DNA of 64,000 nt from Octopus vulgaris. Taxonomy: Eukaryota. The stretch covers positions 84,444,001-84,508,000 of the forward strand of contig OX597814.1 of the NCBI GenBank assembly GCA_951406725.2. The letters run 5' to 3'. Positions 40,301 to 53,200 of this stretch are shown in pieces. Every line of letters begins with the position of its first letter. The stretch's first letter is position 1. The notes beneath the pieces were generated by a model, which saw nothing but the letters and a program-made list of their open reading frames with translations, was not told where the DNA came from and did no database searches. The translations under genes and the position numbers were made by a program.

Positions 40301-43300
40301 AATGAGCTATTCAATTAATGGCATTTGCTTTTGATATATCCCATATCTCTGGCTCTAAAATTCCTCATGTTGATGCAATGTTGAGATTGAAAGTAGAGGA
40401 CGAGGGAATTGTCTTTGCAGTTGAGCCATGTACATTGATCATGTGAAAAATATCACTGAATGCAACAGACACATTCAGCAAATCAATCGCATGCTCAAAT
40501 CCAGAAAATGAACTTCGCAAAACAACTGCAACCTCCCTTTGAAATGTGTGTGTGATCAACTAACAATAGAAGACAGAATTCTATATTTGCAAACGCGAAT
40601 GTTTGTTCCCTACCAACTATGTGACAGTGTGCTTCGCGACAGTCATGATACACATTTGGCTGTTCAGCAAATGCTCAATAAAATTTCTCTTGAGCTCTGG
40701 TGGCCAAATATGTCTCAAGATGCGACTACCTTCATTTCCAATTGCACTACTTGGCAGCAGAATCAAAGTATGAAAGACAATTTGATAGTGACATGGAACA
40801 AAGACGGTCCTTGGGAACATATTTACATGGATTGGGCTTTCATGAACTGAATTGGCAATTTACTTATTGTCGTCGATTCATATTCCAACGACACTGATGC
40901 TATCCTTTGCACCTCATGCAAAAAGTAAAACATAAAAAAGTGCTTGACGTGTCTCTTCACTCTGTTTGGACTGCCAAAAGTTACTGTATCAGACTGTATG
41001 TACTGAATTTACAACATTGAAATTTTGGCTATCATCTCTTGGCATAAAGAGCATATATACACCTCCTTATCATCCACATTCAAATGAGCAAGCCAAGCAA
41101 GTTGTCCAAACCATTGAATGCCCCTTATCTGCATGGAATCCTGTCATCGATTGGTATCCCTATTTACAGCAAGTTCTACTCAATCGCCAATCTTCACCAG
41201 GTGGGAAAGCTGCTTCTCCTGGGGAAAGGTTATTCGGAAGATCATTACATACCAGCTGCAACCCACTGAATCAACTTTCTTATTGTGGTGGCATGTATTG
41301 TGTACTGGACTCTTAATCAATATATAACAAATGCTGTGCATTTGTTTAAATAATTAAAAACTGCCAGTCACATGCACAAATTTTATGTGAACTTGGTTTT
41401 TTTTCTATATATTGCAATCAAAATAAACAGGGACACATAGTTGATTCCATCCCTACAAGATTACGGTTGATGTTGTTACTCCTTCTCATATGTTCTGCTG
41501 TTGGTTGTTCTTCTGCTAGGGCAAGACAGAAATTCGCAGTTTATGGCTATTTGATCCTTGTTTCTATACTTGTGCTTATGAAATAAGCAAATAACAAAAC
41601 TTGAGACTGTCTATAGACTCACTGAACTTGTATCAATCATTACCATTTGAACATGATTGTACAAGGTAGTATAGGTTGGACAAGTTTACATTGTTACACA
41701 TTTTGCTGCACTCTTAATACCAAGGTTTTTAGGTTGAAACCAATACTTCACATGTAGTTTGGTGATCCCTGCTCTAGGCTAACAGATGTGTTTTCCCTTC
41801 ATTCTTCTTTACAACCATTACTACTTGAAACTAGCTGGATCTGTGTCACTTTTACTGAGGTCCTCCCAACTCATTCATCTCTCCTGTCTTCATCACCCAT
41901 ATTGTGTCCATTTTTTCCCCTCAGGTCCCATGCTAAACAGTTTGTCCAGACATTTTCTCCCAGAATATCATTCCTCTGGAATTCACTCCCAACCATATCT
42001 TTCTGTACCCAGTGGTTAATGTTCAAAAACATTAACCCCATCAATTCTCTGGACATTAGCACAGCTCCTTCAACCTGTCAAACTAGGCGTTAACCCTTTC
42101 GTTACTATATTTCTGACCAAAATACACCCCTCATGAGTTTCAATTAAATTCTAAAATAATCATGAATCTAGGCTTGTTTCATTAAATAACTGTAACTTTT
42201 TTACTTTAACATATTAATGTGATATTTGGAACATAATTAAAGAAAGGGTTCTTAATCAATTCTATTGCATAACTTTTGTCTCAAAGTAACTTTAATTACA
42301 GGTAAATCCAGGTAAATTGAGTAAAAGGTAAAAAATATTAAAATTTTGTTTAAACATCACCATAGAAAATGAATCATCAGCTAATATTCAAACGAATATG
42401 CAACAAAATTTTGATAAAGAAGAATTGTGCACATCACTGGATCATCAGTTGAATTTAATGCACAACAGGTGTACCATAAAGGTGGAATAAACTGAAATAC
42501 TGGAATCCACCGCAAGTTTGACCGAACTAAAGAAATCGGTCAAAAAATAATATACGGCCCTGGTTATGGTATGGAAGTGATAAATTCCAGACCACATCGT
42601 TTCCTTGGCCATGCTGACTAACATTAATTTCTCTGTATAAAAACTAAATCCACGCAGTACCCAGTATTTGCTTCACAAATTTTCCAAAATTTGATCCCCC
42701 ATTTTGTGTTTGTTTACAATCTGCGTAAATTTGTTTCCGCATTGATCGCTTCAAACAATAATTTCCAGACCACATCATACCCTAAGCCATGCTGACTAAC
42801 ATTATTTTCCCTGTATAAAAACTAAATCCACGCAGTACCCAGTATTTGCTTCACAAATTTTCCAAACTTTGATCCCCCATTTTGTGTTTGTTTACAATCT
42901 GCGTAAATTTGTTTCCGCATTGATCGCTTCAAACAATAATTTCCAGACCACATCATACCCTAAGCCATGCTGACTAACATTAGTTTCCCTGTATAAAAAA
43001 CTAAATCCACAACAGTACCCAGTATTTGCTTCACAAATTTTCCAAACTTTGATCCCCCATTTTGTGTTTGTTTACAATCTGCGTAATTTTGTTTCCGCGT
43101 TGATCGCTTCAAACTAGCATACTGAAAAAAATAAAAGTCTAATGGTTTTGCTTCCTAAGAAAGATTATAGATAAACTATCTCCTCAGAAAAATTGCTAAT
43201 AAAAACATTTTTAAAGTTTTTTACTACATTCCGATGTAAAATCGTCTTTGCTGTCGCCATCGCCGCTTTCGGTTTCGGATAAAAAAATATCCTATTCATT

Positions 43301-46300
43301 ATTTTGTACATCACGTGCTTTTGTACCTATTTCATTCTTTTTCTCGATATCTCCCTATTTTCCGTTGAAAAAGCTTTAAATTTGGAATCAATGCTTGATA
43401 ACATGAAACTCCTATCCATTTTCAAAGTTGAAGAAAAATCGATGCCGAAAAAAATGTGGAAAAAAATATCCCAAAATTCACTGAGTTGAGATATTACTTG
43501 AAGCAATGTCAGATACTATAACTCAACTATTTAGAAAGTGAAATCACATGTTTTAATGAATGTACCAATGAGATTTGGGTTCAAATTTACATTTAAATAA
43601 CAATAGGTTCTCTCGGCCGGGTTGGTATTATGAACCAAAAATTTTTTGGCCGGGTTAGTAACAAAAGAGTTAAAGCAGTTTTGAACTAGACCCTCTGAGT
43701 AATTGCTTTCAAAATACTAATATTATACACACTTCTGCTTCCAACACTCACTGAGATTTTAAAGAGTTTGTAATACTTACTTAAATTTTTTAACTGTAAT
43801 TTTTTTGAATTCAAATCTCTTTTCACAATACTTCCTCAATTCTAATGGATCTGAAAACAAAAATATTTAATCATTTTAAATTATAACATACCAAAGTACA
43901 AAATTATGATCCCTTAATCCTTTAGCATTCAGATTACTCTATCAAATACAAAGCTTATCTTTTTCACATTGTTTTGAATTAATTATATATTACCTTGTAG
44001 CTTTGAAATTTCAGTGTGATCATTTTTAGAATGACATTGTAAGGTAGTTGTGAGAGGCCAGCTTTGGCTTGTTTGAACACAACATGTGCAATATTTGAGC
44101 CAGATGTGGCTGGTTTAAATACTAAAGCGTTAATTTTAGTTAGATCACAAGATACCTAAATATTCAAGTTAGGAAAATAAATTATTAACCAAAGTTTGAA
44201 AGAAAAACAGAATTCATTGAACAAGAACCCTGAATTCATTGAAACAGAGTAATAACAGGAAGTTTATTAAACAAGCAAGAGTTTTAATTGACAGAGTTTA
44301 TTAATCAAGTACTAGACTACTAAGAATCACTTGACTAGTTTTCGCTTAACACTGATACTTGTTGCAATAGTTCAGATCTAACTGAGAGTAAAAACTTGGT
44401 ACCTCATGCAGTTTTCTCTGCAGCTAATTCTTCTAAAAGTTGTCAGAGTCTACATTTATAGTATTTTGTGACATCAGACTTTTTTTTTTGTCTTCTTTAT
44501 GAGCCACTGTATGAGCTAGTTAAGCTGAAAATTATCACAATTTCCAGCACATCATATAACTGAAAAACAACTTTCACTGGTTGCTAATAATTATGTTTTC
44601 TATCTTCATTTTTTTAACATACACTTTTCAACGTGTTACTGGAATTCATTGAGGCAGACTTTCTATGGCCAGACACCCTTTCTAGTGCCAATTCTCATGT
44701 TTCTAAAGTAAATTTCCCCCATGGCTGGACATGTTTTCATGGAAGACAGTGATGCTCATAACTATCACATGATGTCCAGACAAGGAAACACAAACACACA
44801 CACAGGATGGGCTTCTTCAGTTTCCATCAGCAAGGCTTTGTTAACCCAAGGTTAAAGTAGAAGACTTTCCAACCACATAGTTGGAAAGCAAATTTTCTTA
44901 ATCACACAGCCATGTCTACACACACACACCACCACCTTCTTCTTCTTCTTCTTCTGTATATCCACTTTATCCATACTAACATGATTTGAACAAGACATAT
45001 TTAGACAGTTTTTTTATGAATGCATACCCTTCCTATCACCATTCTGTATTTGTAGCTCAAGTGAGGTATTTGGATTCGACTTGTCTTTGCATATCTAAAA
45101 CAAAAGCACCAAACTGTGGGACATAGCTACAGGTGACATAAACAAGCATCACTATTTTTACTTAAATGATGACAATATGAAAATACATGGATGTGTATGT
45201 ATATATATATGTACGTGAGTCATCTAAGAGACCACAAGTGAGGGAGAAGATGCACTCATATAACTGTTAGTAGAGTGGGTATATTATCTGAATTTTGTAG
45301 CATTAAGTATCCATCATGGCTGGTCTTACCAATCGGTTTCGGGCATAATACAATGGAGTGTTAGGTAACAATCCAATTATATAATTACATTCATTAGAAG
45401 TAGCCAATATGGAAGGGAATATGGTGTCTGCTCTCTATTGTCAGAGATGGATTAGCACAAGCAGTCAGTGGCTGCTGCGAAAAAAGTGCTGGAACAGAAA
45501 AAATGGGTCAGGGGATTTGGCTAAAGTTTGACTTAGACACACACCAATGCACCTATGTACACATACGCACACCCCTATAAGGCAGGCATCCTGCATATAA
45601 CTATCCCCCACTACCCCCACATGCAGATTGTACCCCCACACACACCATTATACATTACACACCGCACGCTAATATAAGAACCCCACAACTTTACCCATTA
45701 CAGAAAAAACAGACTAACAAACACAGCACTATACATACCTACACCCACAAAAAAATTATACATATGACACTGCTACACATACCCCATCCACGCAGGGACA
45801 CCACGTTAATAAACACTTCAAGATAACTCTTGCTGGCTTCACACCATATTTAACCAAGGGACATAACTCTTAGCTAAATCTCCTGGCTCATTTTTGTTCC
45901 ACATTTTTTGCAGCAGCCACTGACCGGTTGAGTAGTCACCATATTCCCTTCCATATCAACTATCTCTGATGAGCGTAATTATTTAATTGGATTGTTACCT
46001 AACACTCCACTGTATTTTGTGTGAAACCGATTGGCTTGGAAAAACCAGAAAAATGGAAGCAGTAAAGAACTATATCAGTTAGGCAACAGGTTTATTTAGC
46101 AAGGGCAGAAGGAAGGAAGCTTGCCAATGTTACGTCATGAGGATCGAGGTGCTCCAGATGGCAAGACAGTATATCAAAGGGAGTCAAGATGTATGGATAG
46201 ACAGCAGCATGCTTGCACTTAGTGATTCTGAAAAGAAATAGACATGAAACTGCTACTATGAAAGGTTATTAAAATGCGGAAAATGCATAGAAGGAGAGCC

Positions 46301-47973
46301 TTCCAAACATGAACCGCACAGAGGGACTAACTATCCCAGTTGACAGCAGTATGATAGATAAAGCAATTAAGGATATGAAGACAAGGAAATCCCCTGATCC
46401 ATCAGGAATTACTACTGAGATGCTTAAAATATCTGGCAGACAAGGATACAGCCTACTCATATAATCAGGTTATATAGGAAGGTGTCATACCAATTGACTG
46501 GTGTAGCAGCATCACAATCAACTGTTACAAGGGTAAAGGAGAAGCAAGAAAGGAGTAATTACATAGGTATTAAACTGCTGATTTAGGTCACAAAAGTTAG
46601 AGAGAGAGAGAGAGTTATAGCCCAATTGATTAGGAACAGAATTTGATTAAAATAAGCTGCAACTTGGCACATCTTAGAAAGACAATGGCAGAAGTATTTA
46701 GCTGAAAGTAAAGCATTGTACTTGGCATTCATTGACCTGGAGATAGCTGTCAACAGAGTTCCTCGCTCTGTGATCTGATGGTCTCTGAGGAAGATAGGGG
46801 TAAATGAACAGCAAAAACGAGGTCCTAAAAAATGCTATTTATGCTTGTGTATGCCAGGTTCTACCCTTATGCCCATGCTGACCTGTTAAGCATTCCCCAC
46901 ATCTCATGCCCTTCTAACTTCCATCCTTCTATTATTTCTCTACCTATGGCACTATTCAGCAGAAGTCACTCTCCACTCACATTGTTATGAAACTATCCAC
47001 CCTAACCGCCCTCACTGATCCACTGTTCATATCTTCTTATGCTCACCTTATTACAGATCTTGAAGGCTTGCTCTGGCACCCCATCACTACCATTTTGTCT
47101 TCCTAGCAACGCTCACCCTTATTTAATGCAGAGCTGTCATGTAACTTCTCTATAGCAACATATGTGGACATGTCCTCTTCAATGCCTAGCATTAAGCCTC
47201 TCTCAAATACTGAACCCCACTTGGTTGGGGGAGTTTTTTCTTTTTCCATTCATGCAATTACTTGGCAACATCATAGATAGAGGTGGCATGAAACAAGCAC
47301 CCAATACACAGTGTAGAGTGGTTTGTGTTAGGAGGGGCATCCAGCCATAGAAACCAAGCCAAAGCTGCCATTGGAGCTCAATGCAGCCCTGCAGCAGCTT
47401 GATCCTGTCAAACTGTCCAACACATGCTAGCATAGAAAACGGACATTTAATGATGATGATGATGATGATGGTGTGTGTACATGTAGTAGGTGCAGGTGTT
47501 GTAAGAAGTTTGCTTCCCAACAAATGGTCTCCGGTTTAGTCCCACTCTGTGACAACTTGAGTATATATGTATGTGCTATTTGTCTTCTTGCTTTGACTTC
47601 ATATGACCTGTAAACCATCATACTAATGGTTGACCTTTGTTTCCAGTCTAACATGCAAATATGTTCATGGAGAAATTATTAACCTTACCATCTGACCCAT
47701 GCAAGCATAAAAAAGTTAATGTGAAATGATATATTAGATACAGATATGTGTGTGTACACATGCACACATTCACACACATATATGCATGGATGTGATTGCA
47801 TATGTGTGCATGTGCAGGTATGGCTGTGAGGTTAAGAAGCTGGTTTTCCATGTAGTTTTGGGTTCAGTTCGAGTGTGGCACTGTGTGCAAGCGTCATCTA
47901 CTACAGCTCTTAGCCAACCAATGCCTCAATGAGTGGATTTGGTAAACAGAAACTGTGTGGAACCCTGTATGCA

Positions 47974-48031
<58 letters not shown>

Positions 48032-50117
48032 ATGTGTATGTGTGCGTATGTCAGTACTTGTCCCCCTACAACCACTTAAAAATCAGTGTCCGTTTGATTA
48101 TATATACTGTGAGAACATGTCTGGCTATGGTGAACTATTATTTTGCTTGGAAAGAGAAGTGAATTGGCAACAGGAAGGGCATCTGGCCATAGAAAATCTG
48201 CCTCAATAAATTCCATCCAATCCTTGCTAGTATAGAAAAGTGGACATGCAAAATGATATGTGTGTGTGTGTGTGTGATTATGTACGAATGTATGTATGTA
48301 TAGTATGATGGTCACTCCCATTGATTTTCATGTATGTGTTTGAAGGAAAGAATTAAAAAATAATAACAAAAGGGGGATTAGAAAAAAAAGAAGCTGCAAT
48401 CATTTAGATGCATTATGACACATTTTATGCCAGAGATTAACCTAAACAATAACTTTCCTAAGATGTTAAATTAAGCTGTAGGGATTTTAGTAGTCGTTTC
48501 AACTTATCTTTATACTATATCTGTGTGTATGTATGCATACACATACATACATATATTTCTTTTATTCTTCTGTGTTTCAGCCTAAAGGCTGTGGCCATGC
48601 TAGGGCACCACCAGTATCATCAGCTTTTCAATAACCATTCCTATCTGGTTGGCTTCTGGTGAATGAGCAAGTTGATAATAATGCTGCCCTTGCTTGAATT
48701 TTTTGCTGTGATACAGGTTCATCTGGGAATTTGGATAGCAGGTCAAGGTGCCCCTAAAAAACATCTACTCTCACTCCATGTAGATCTTTCAAGTTTTTTG
48801 GCAAAATATTAAATAGCTGTGGGCCTTTGAATCTCATGTTTTTGGCAGTACCTGGCTCTAACTCTAGATGGGATGGGTGGGACCTTGGGAACAGAACAGT
48901 TGCATCCTGTTCAAAGAATGGTATAATTCTCAGTACCAGCCCCTCTAGGATCTTCTATATCACCACATATCTCTCTCACCTTCACTCAAGAGAGAAGAGT
49001 CTCAATTCTTTCAGTCTCCCCTAATAGCTCAAGAGTTTCATTGATGCAATTCTCGAGGTAGCACTGCAAAATTGCCCTGAGTATTGAATTGACACTGTGT
49101 ATTGACCATTATGGAGAACAATAGTCCAGACAGCTGAAGATAAATGCCCTCCATAGAACCAGCATAGTTTCCTAGTCCCTTATCCTGCAGTTCTCAGAAT
49201 GCATCCAGCTGTTTGCCTGCACACTGTCATCATCTTGATGATATGTACATTAAACAATGCATTGTTGGTCATATCAATTCACAGTCTCACACTATGTTTA
49301 TCTCTGAGATTTACCTCTCCTTTTGGACTAAAGCATTTTTGATGCAGTATGTTAGCACAAGTTGGCTGATAGCAGAGGGTTTGGAATTTTCCTACATTAA
49401 ATTGCATGTTGTTTTCTTCAACCTATTTGTACATGGCATATAACTCCTTCTGTAGAAGATCTAGATGCCAGGTACAAGCATCAAGATGACCCTTAACTGT
49501 TTGTGCTACTTTTGTGTCATCAGCATTGCTAGTAAGAGTGGCTACCTGTATAACTGATGGCATTTCTGAGAGGGCTACTACAAACAACAGCAACCCCAAA
49601 GACAGTTCCCCGAGGCATTCTATTTGCTATTAATGTCTCTTGGAGAGAACTCCATTGGCTGCTACAGCCTGGCTTCTGGCTTTTAAGAATTCATGTAAAC
49701 TACTCTCCCAGTTTTCTAACTGCGCTGAATCTTTGCAGCCAAGACCAACCTTATCAAAGGCCTTTCCAAAATTAAGATATCTATATTTGAGTGATAAGTT
49801 ATCCATGTTTGAGTAATAAGTTGTTTCAACACCCAGTCATAATGCTGCAGAAAATTTGTAAGACTGCTTTTTCCTGAGCAGAAGCCATGCTGGGTTTAGA
49901 GAGCAAGTTATTATCTTTAAGGAATGTGATCAGCTTTCTCCTGACAATTTGTTCCATTATTTTTGTGTATACACATGTGTATATCTTTATATGTGTGTAT
50001 TCATATGTCTGTGTGCCAATATATGTCTATTTCCCTGCATGTATATAACCATTGGTGCATGGTATGCATGTGTATGTATATGTGTGGGTGTATATGGATA
50101 TATGCATCTATCTACAT

Positions 50118-50150
<33 letters not shown>

Positions 50151-50195
50151 CGTACACACATACACAAACACAAAGTGAGTATTTGAGTACATGCA

Positions 50196-50245
<50 letters not shown>

Positions 50246-53200
50246 TAGATAGATAGATAGATAATACATGTTTCTCAATATATATACATATATATCTATG
50301 CATGTGAATGTGTGTGTGAATTTACAAGGATGCTGCAGAAGGAGGGAGCTGTCAACAATTTTATAACCTCCATCACATCTCAACATATCTCATGGCATAG
50401 GCTGTTTTGTTTTTTCCTAATTTCCTTAATTTTTTCCTTACCTGCATATAAAGCCATCACATCAAAAGTAGAAAATAACATTTTCATGAGAATTAGATAC
50501 TTTGACTCTGTATTCTAAATGTGTCTGTTAGTTTATCTGCCTCTATAGGCTTATATTTTGTCTGGATTTTTATCATTGCACAGATGTCCAGGTGCAGGTG
50601 TGGCTGTGTGGTAAGAAGCTTGCTTTCCAACCACATGGTTCTGGATTCAGTCTCACTGCATGGCACCCTGGGCAAGTGTCTTCTACTATAGCCTCAGGCT
50701 GACCAAAGCATTGTGAGTGGATTTGATAGATGGAAACTGAAAGAAGCCTATTGTGTGTGTGTGTTTTGTTTATCTTCCATCACCACTTGACAACTGGTGT
50801 TGGTGCATTTACATCCCCATAACTTAGCAGTTCAGCAAAAGTAACAGATAGAATAAGTACTAGGCTTAATAACAAAAAGTTTTGAGGTTGATTTATTCTA
50901 CTAAAACCATTCAAGGCGGTGACCTAACATGGCTGCAGTCAAATGACTGAAACAAGTAAAAAAAAAAAGTCCAGTTATCTAACTCATATTTTTTGTCTAC
51001 TCATGTGTACCTATGTACCTGTTTAAATGTTTAACATATATTTGTATGTGTATGAATAGTTATATGTAAGTTCACAATGCATTTATGTGAATACATATAT
51101 TTATCTAAATTTTGCATATTTCTGAGAGTGGTTTCCCCATCTTCAAACCATATTGCATTATTTATGTACATATCATCATCATCATTTAACATCGGTTTTC
51201 AATGCTGGCATGAGTTGGATGGTTTGACCACAGCTAGCAAGCTGGAGAATTGTATCAGGTTCTAGCCCAATTTGACCCTGATTTCTATGGCTGGATGCCC
51301 TTCCTAATACCAACCACTTTACAAAGTGTGCTGGGTGCTTTTTATGTAGATCAGCACACAAGTATAACAAGATAAAAATAAGTGAACTTTATGAAGGCTT
51401 TGAAGGACACCTATAAACTCAGATTTTGTTATTAGCAACTATGAAAGTGTTATATTTGTGGCACCCATTAAGTGCCTTACAGTATGGCACTGAAATGAAA
51501 TCTAATTTGTCAATTCAAATTTGTTTATACACATTACTAATAATAATTACCAAGTGAATTTTCCTTTTTTCTTTCTTCAGCACACTCAATCTTAACTGCT
51601 GGAGTTTTTGAACTGCCATCAACATCTACCATAGGGCAAGTATTACATTCCAGGTTGTTGTTCAATTGATCAGTGTCATTCTCACTAATGGCTGGGAATT
51701 CTGAAAAAAAAAAATTTTTTTAAATTCAATGATAAATACTGCTTGGGTACCAGAAACAGTAACAATAGCAATAATAAGAAAACCTACATTAAAAGAGCTA
51801 AACAAAATCATTCAAACTATTTCTTAAGAAATTTCGTAACTCATGTTAGTGTGGCACAATATACTAAGCATGTTTAGTTTGTGGGTCATTATTAACTCTT
51901 TAGCTTTCAGATTATTCTGTCAAATGTTATGCTTATTGACATTGTTTTGAACTAATCATCCATTATCTTGTAGCTTTAAGATTTAAATGATGATTGTTTA
52001 TTTTTTTAATGACATTGTAGGACAGGTGAGAGGGAGCAAATCCGGCCAATTTGAACATAAAATGGGTAGAATATTTGGGCTGGATTAAGTGCTAAAGGGT
52101 TACTCAAGTGGTTAACTAATCCTGTGGAACACATTTATTACTCCACATTATTATATAAAATTTTAAAAAAACAACTCAATATAAGTATTATACAGAATGA
52201 GAGAAGAATGTAACCGTTTTATAAGCTATCTGCCACAGACTTTCCTTAGTCACATGTTATCAAATTTCCCAAAACTAACTGTTTAATGTTGTCTTGTTTA
52301 AACATCAAAAATCATGCTATCACATTACTGTTAACATGAGATTTTAATAGATAAACATTTATTGTATAAAATTTACCAATATTACACTGTATACTTTTTG
52401 TTCTTTAATATGCTTTGTTCACTATTTCTCCACATCTATATTCCACTTAGCTAATGCAAAAAAAGCCTCAACATGGTCACCCAACCTGCTGGAAATAGCA
52501 ACCAAATCTACCTTTAATTACACCCTTTGTCTTTACATACTACATAATGTAATCCTAGATATACAAGACAGGATGGTCATGAGTGGAATGCTTTTGATCA
52601 TAGGCTTCCATATTCAATTGATCCAGTGCTAATCAAAGTGTTTTGACAATATTCCACTCACCTAAGACAGATAGTAGCTTTAATTTTGGTAGCTATGACT
52701 CTTAGTTTGAAAAAATTTCAAGAGAATAATTTGTTGCAACAAATGAAAAACTTATCCTTGTGGTTGATTTTGATAGTAATAGTGATTGTATAGCAGTACC
52801 AATTTTAATAATAGAACAGGACATTTTACAAAAAATGCTTTCACCGTGTGTGTGTGTGTGTGTGTGTGTGTGTTCATGTGTTTACACATCTACTTACACA
52901 CACATATAGCCCATCTATGTTATGTGTGTGTGTCATCAGTCTATAATGCAAATGGCAGTGGAATATGAAAACAGCTACATAATAATAATAAACAAGAAGA
53001 CACGTCAAGCTAAGTGAAATCATGGCCATTAATGCATACAGGCTTGTTCTCTATGTCTCTCTCTCAGCTGAGAGATCCTAGTTTTGCAGACTCATGGGTG
53101 CTGGTGCAATGTAAAATCACCTGTGCTAGTGCTGTGTAAAAGTACCTGTGCCAGTTCCACTTAAAAGGACCATGGCTGGTGTCAGGTTAAAAGCATCCAG

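Noticed and set aside
47648-50386. Numerous 60-100-aa ORFs rich in C/V/Y/I/H/T
   Set aside because: Translations of (TG)n/(TA)n microsatellites and SINE or antisense LINE sequence.
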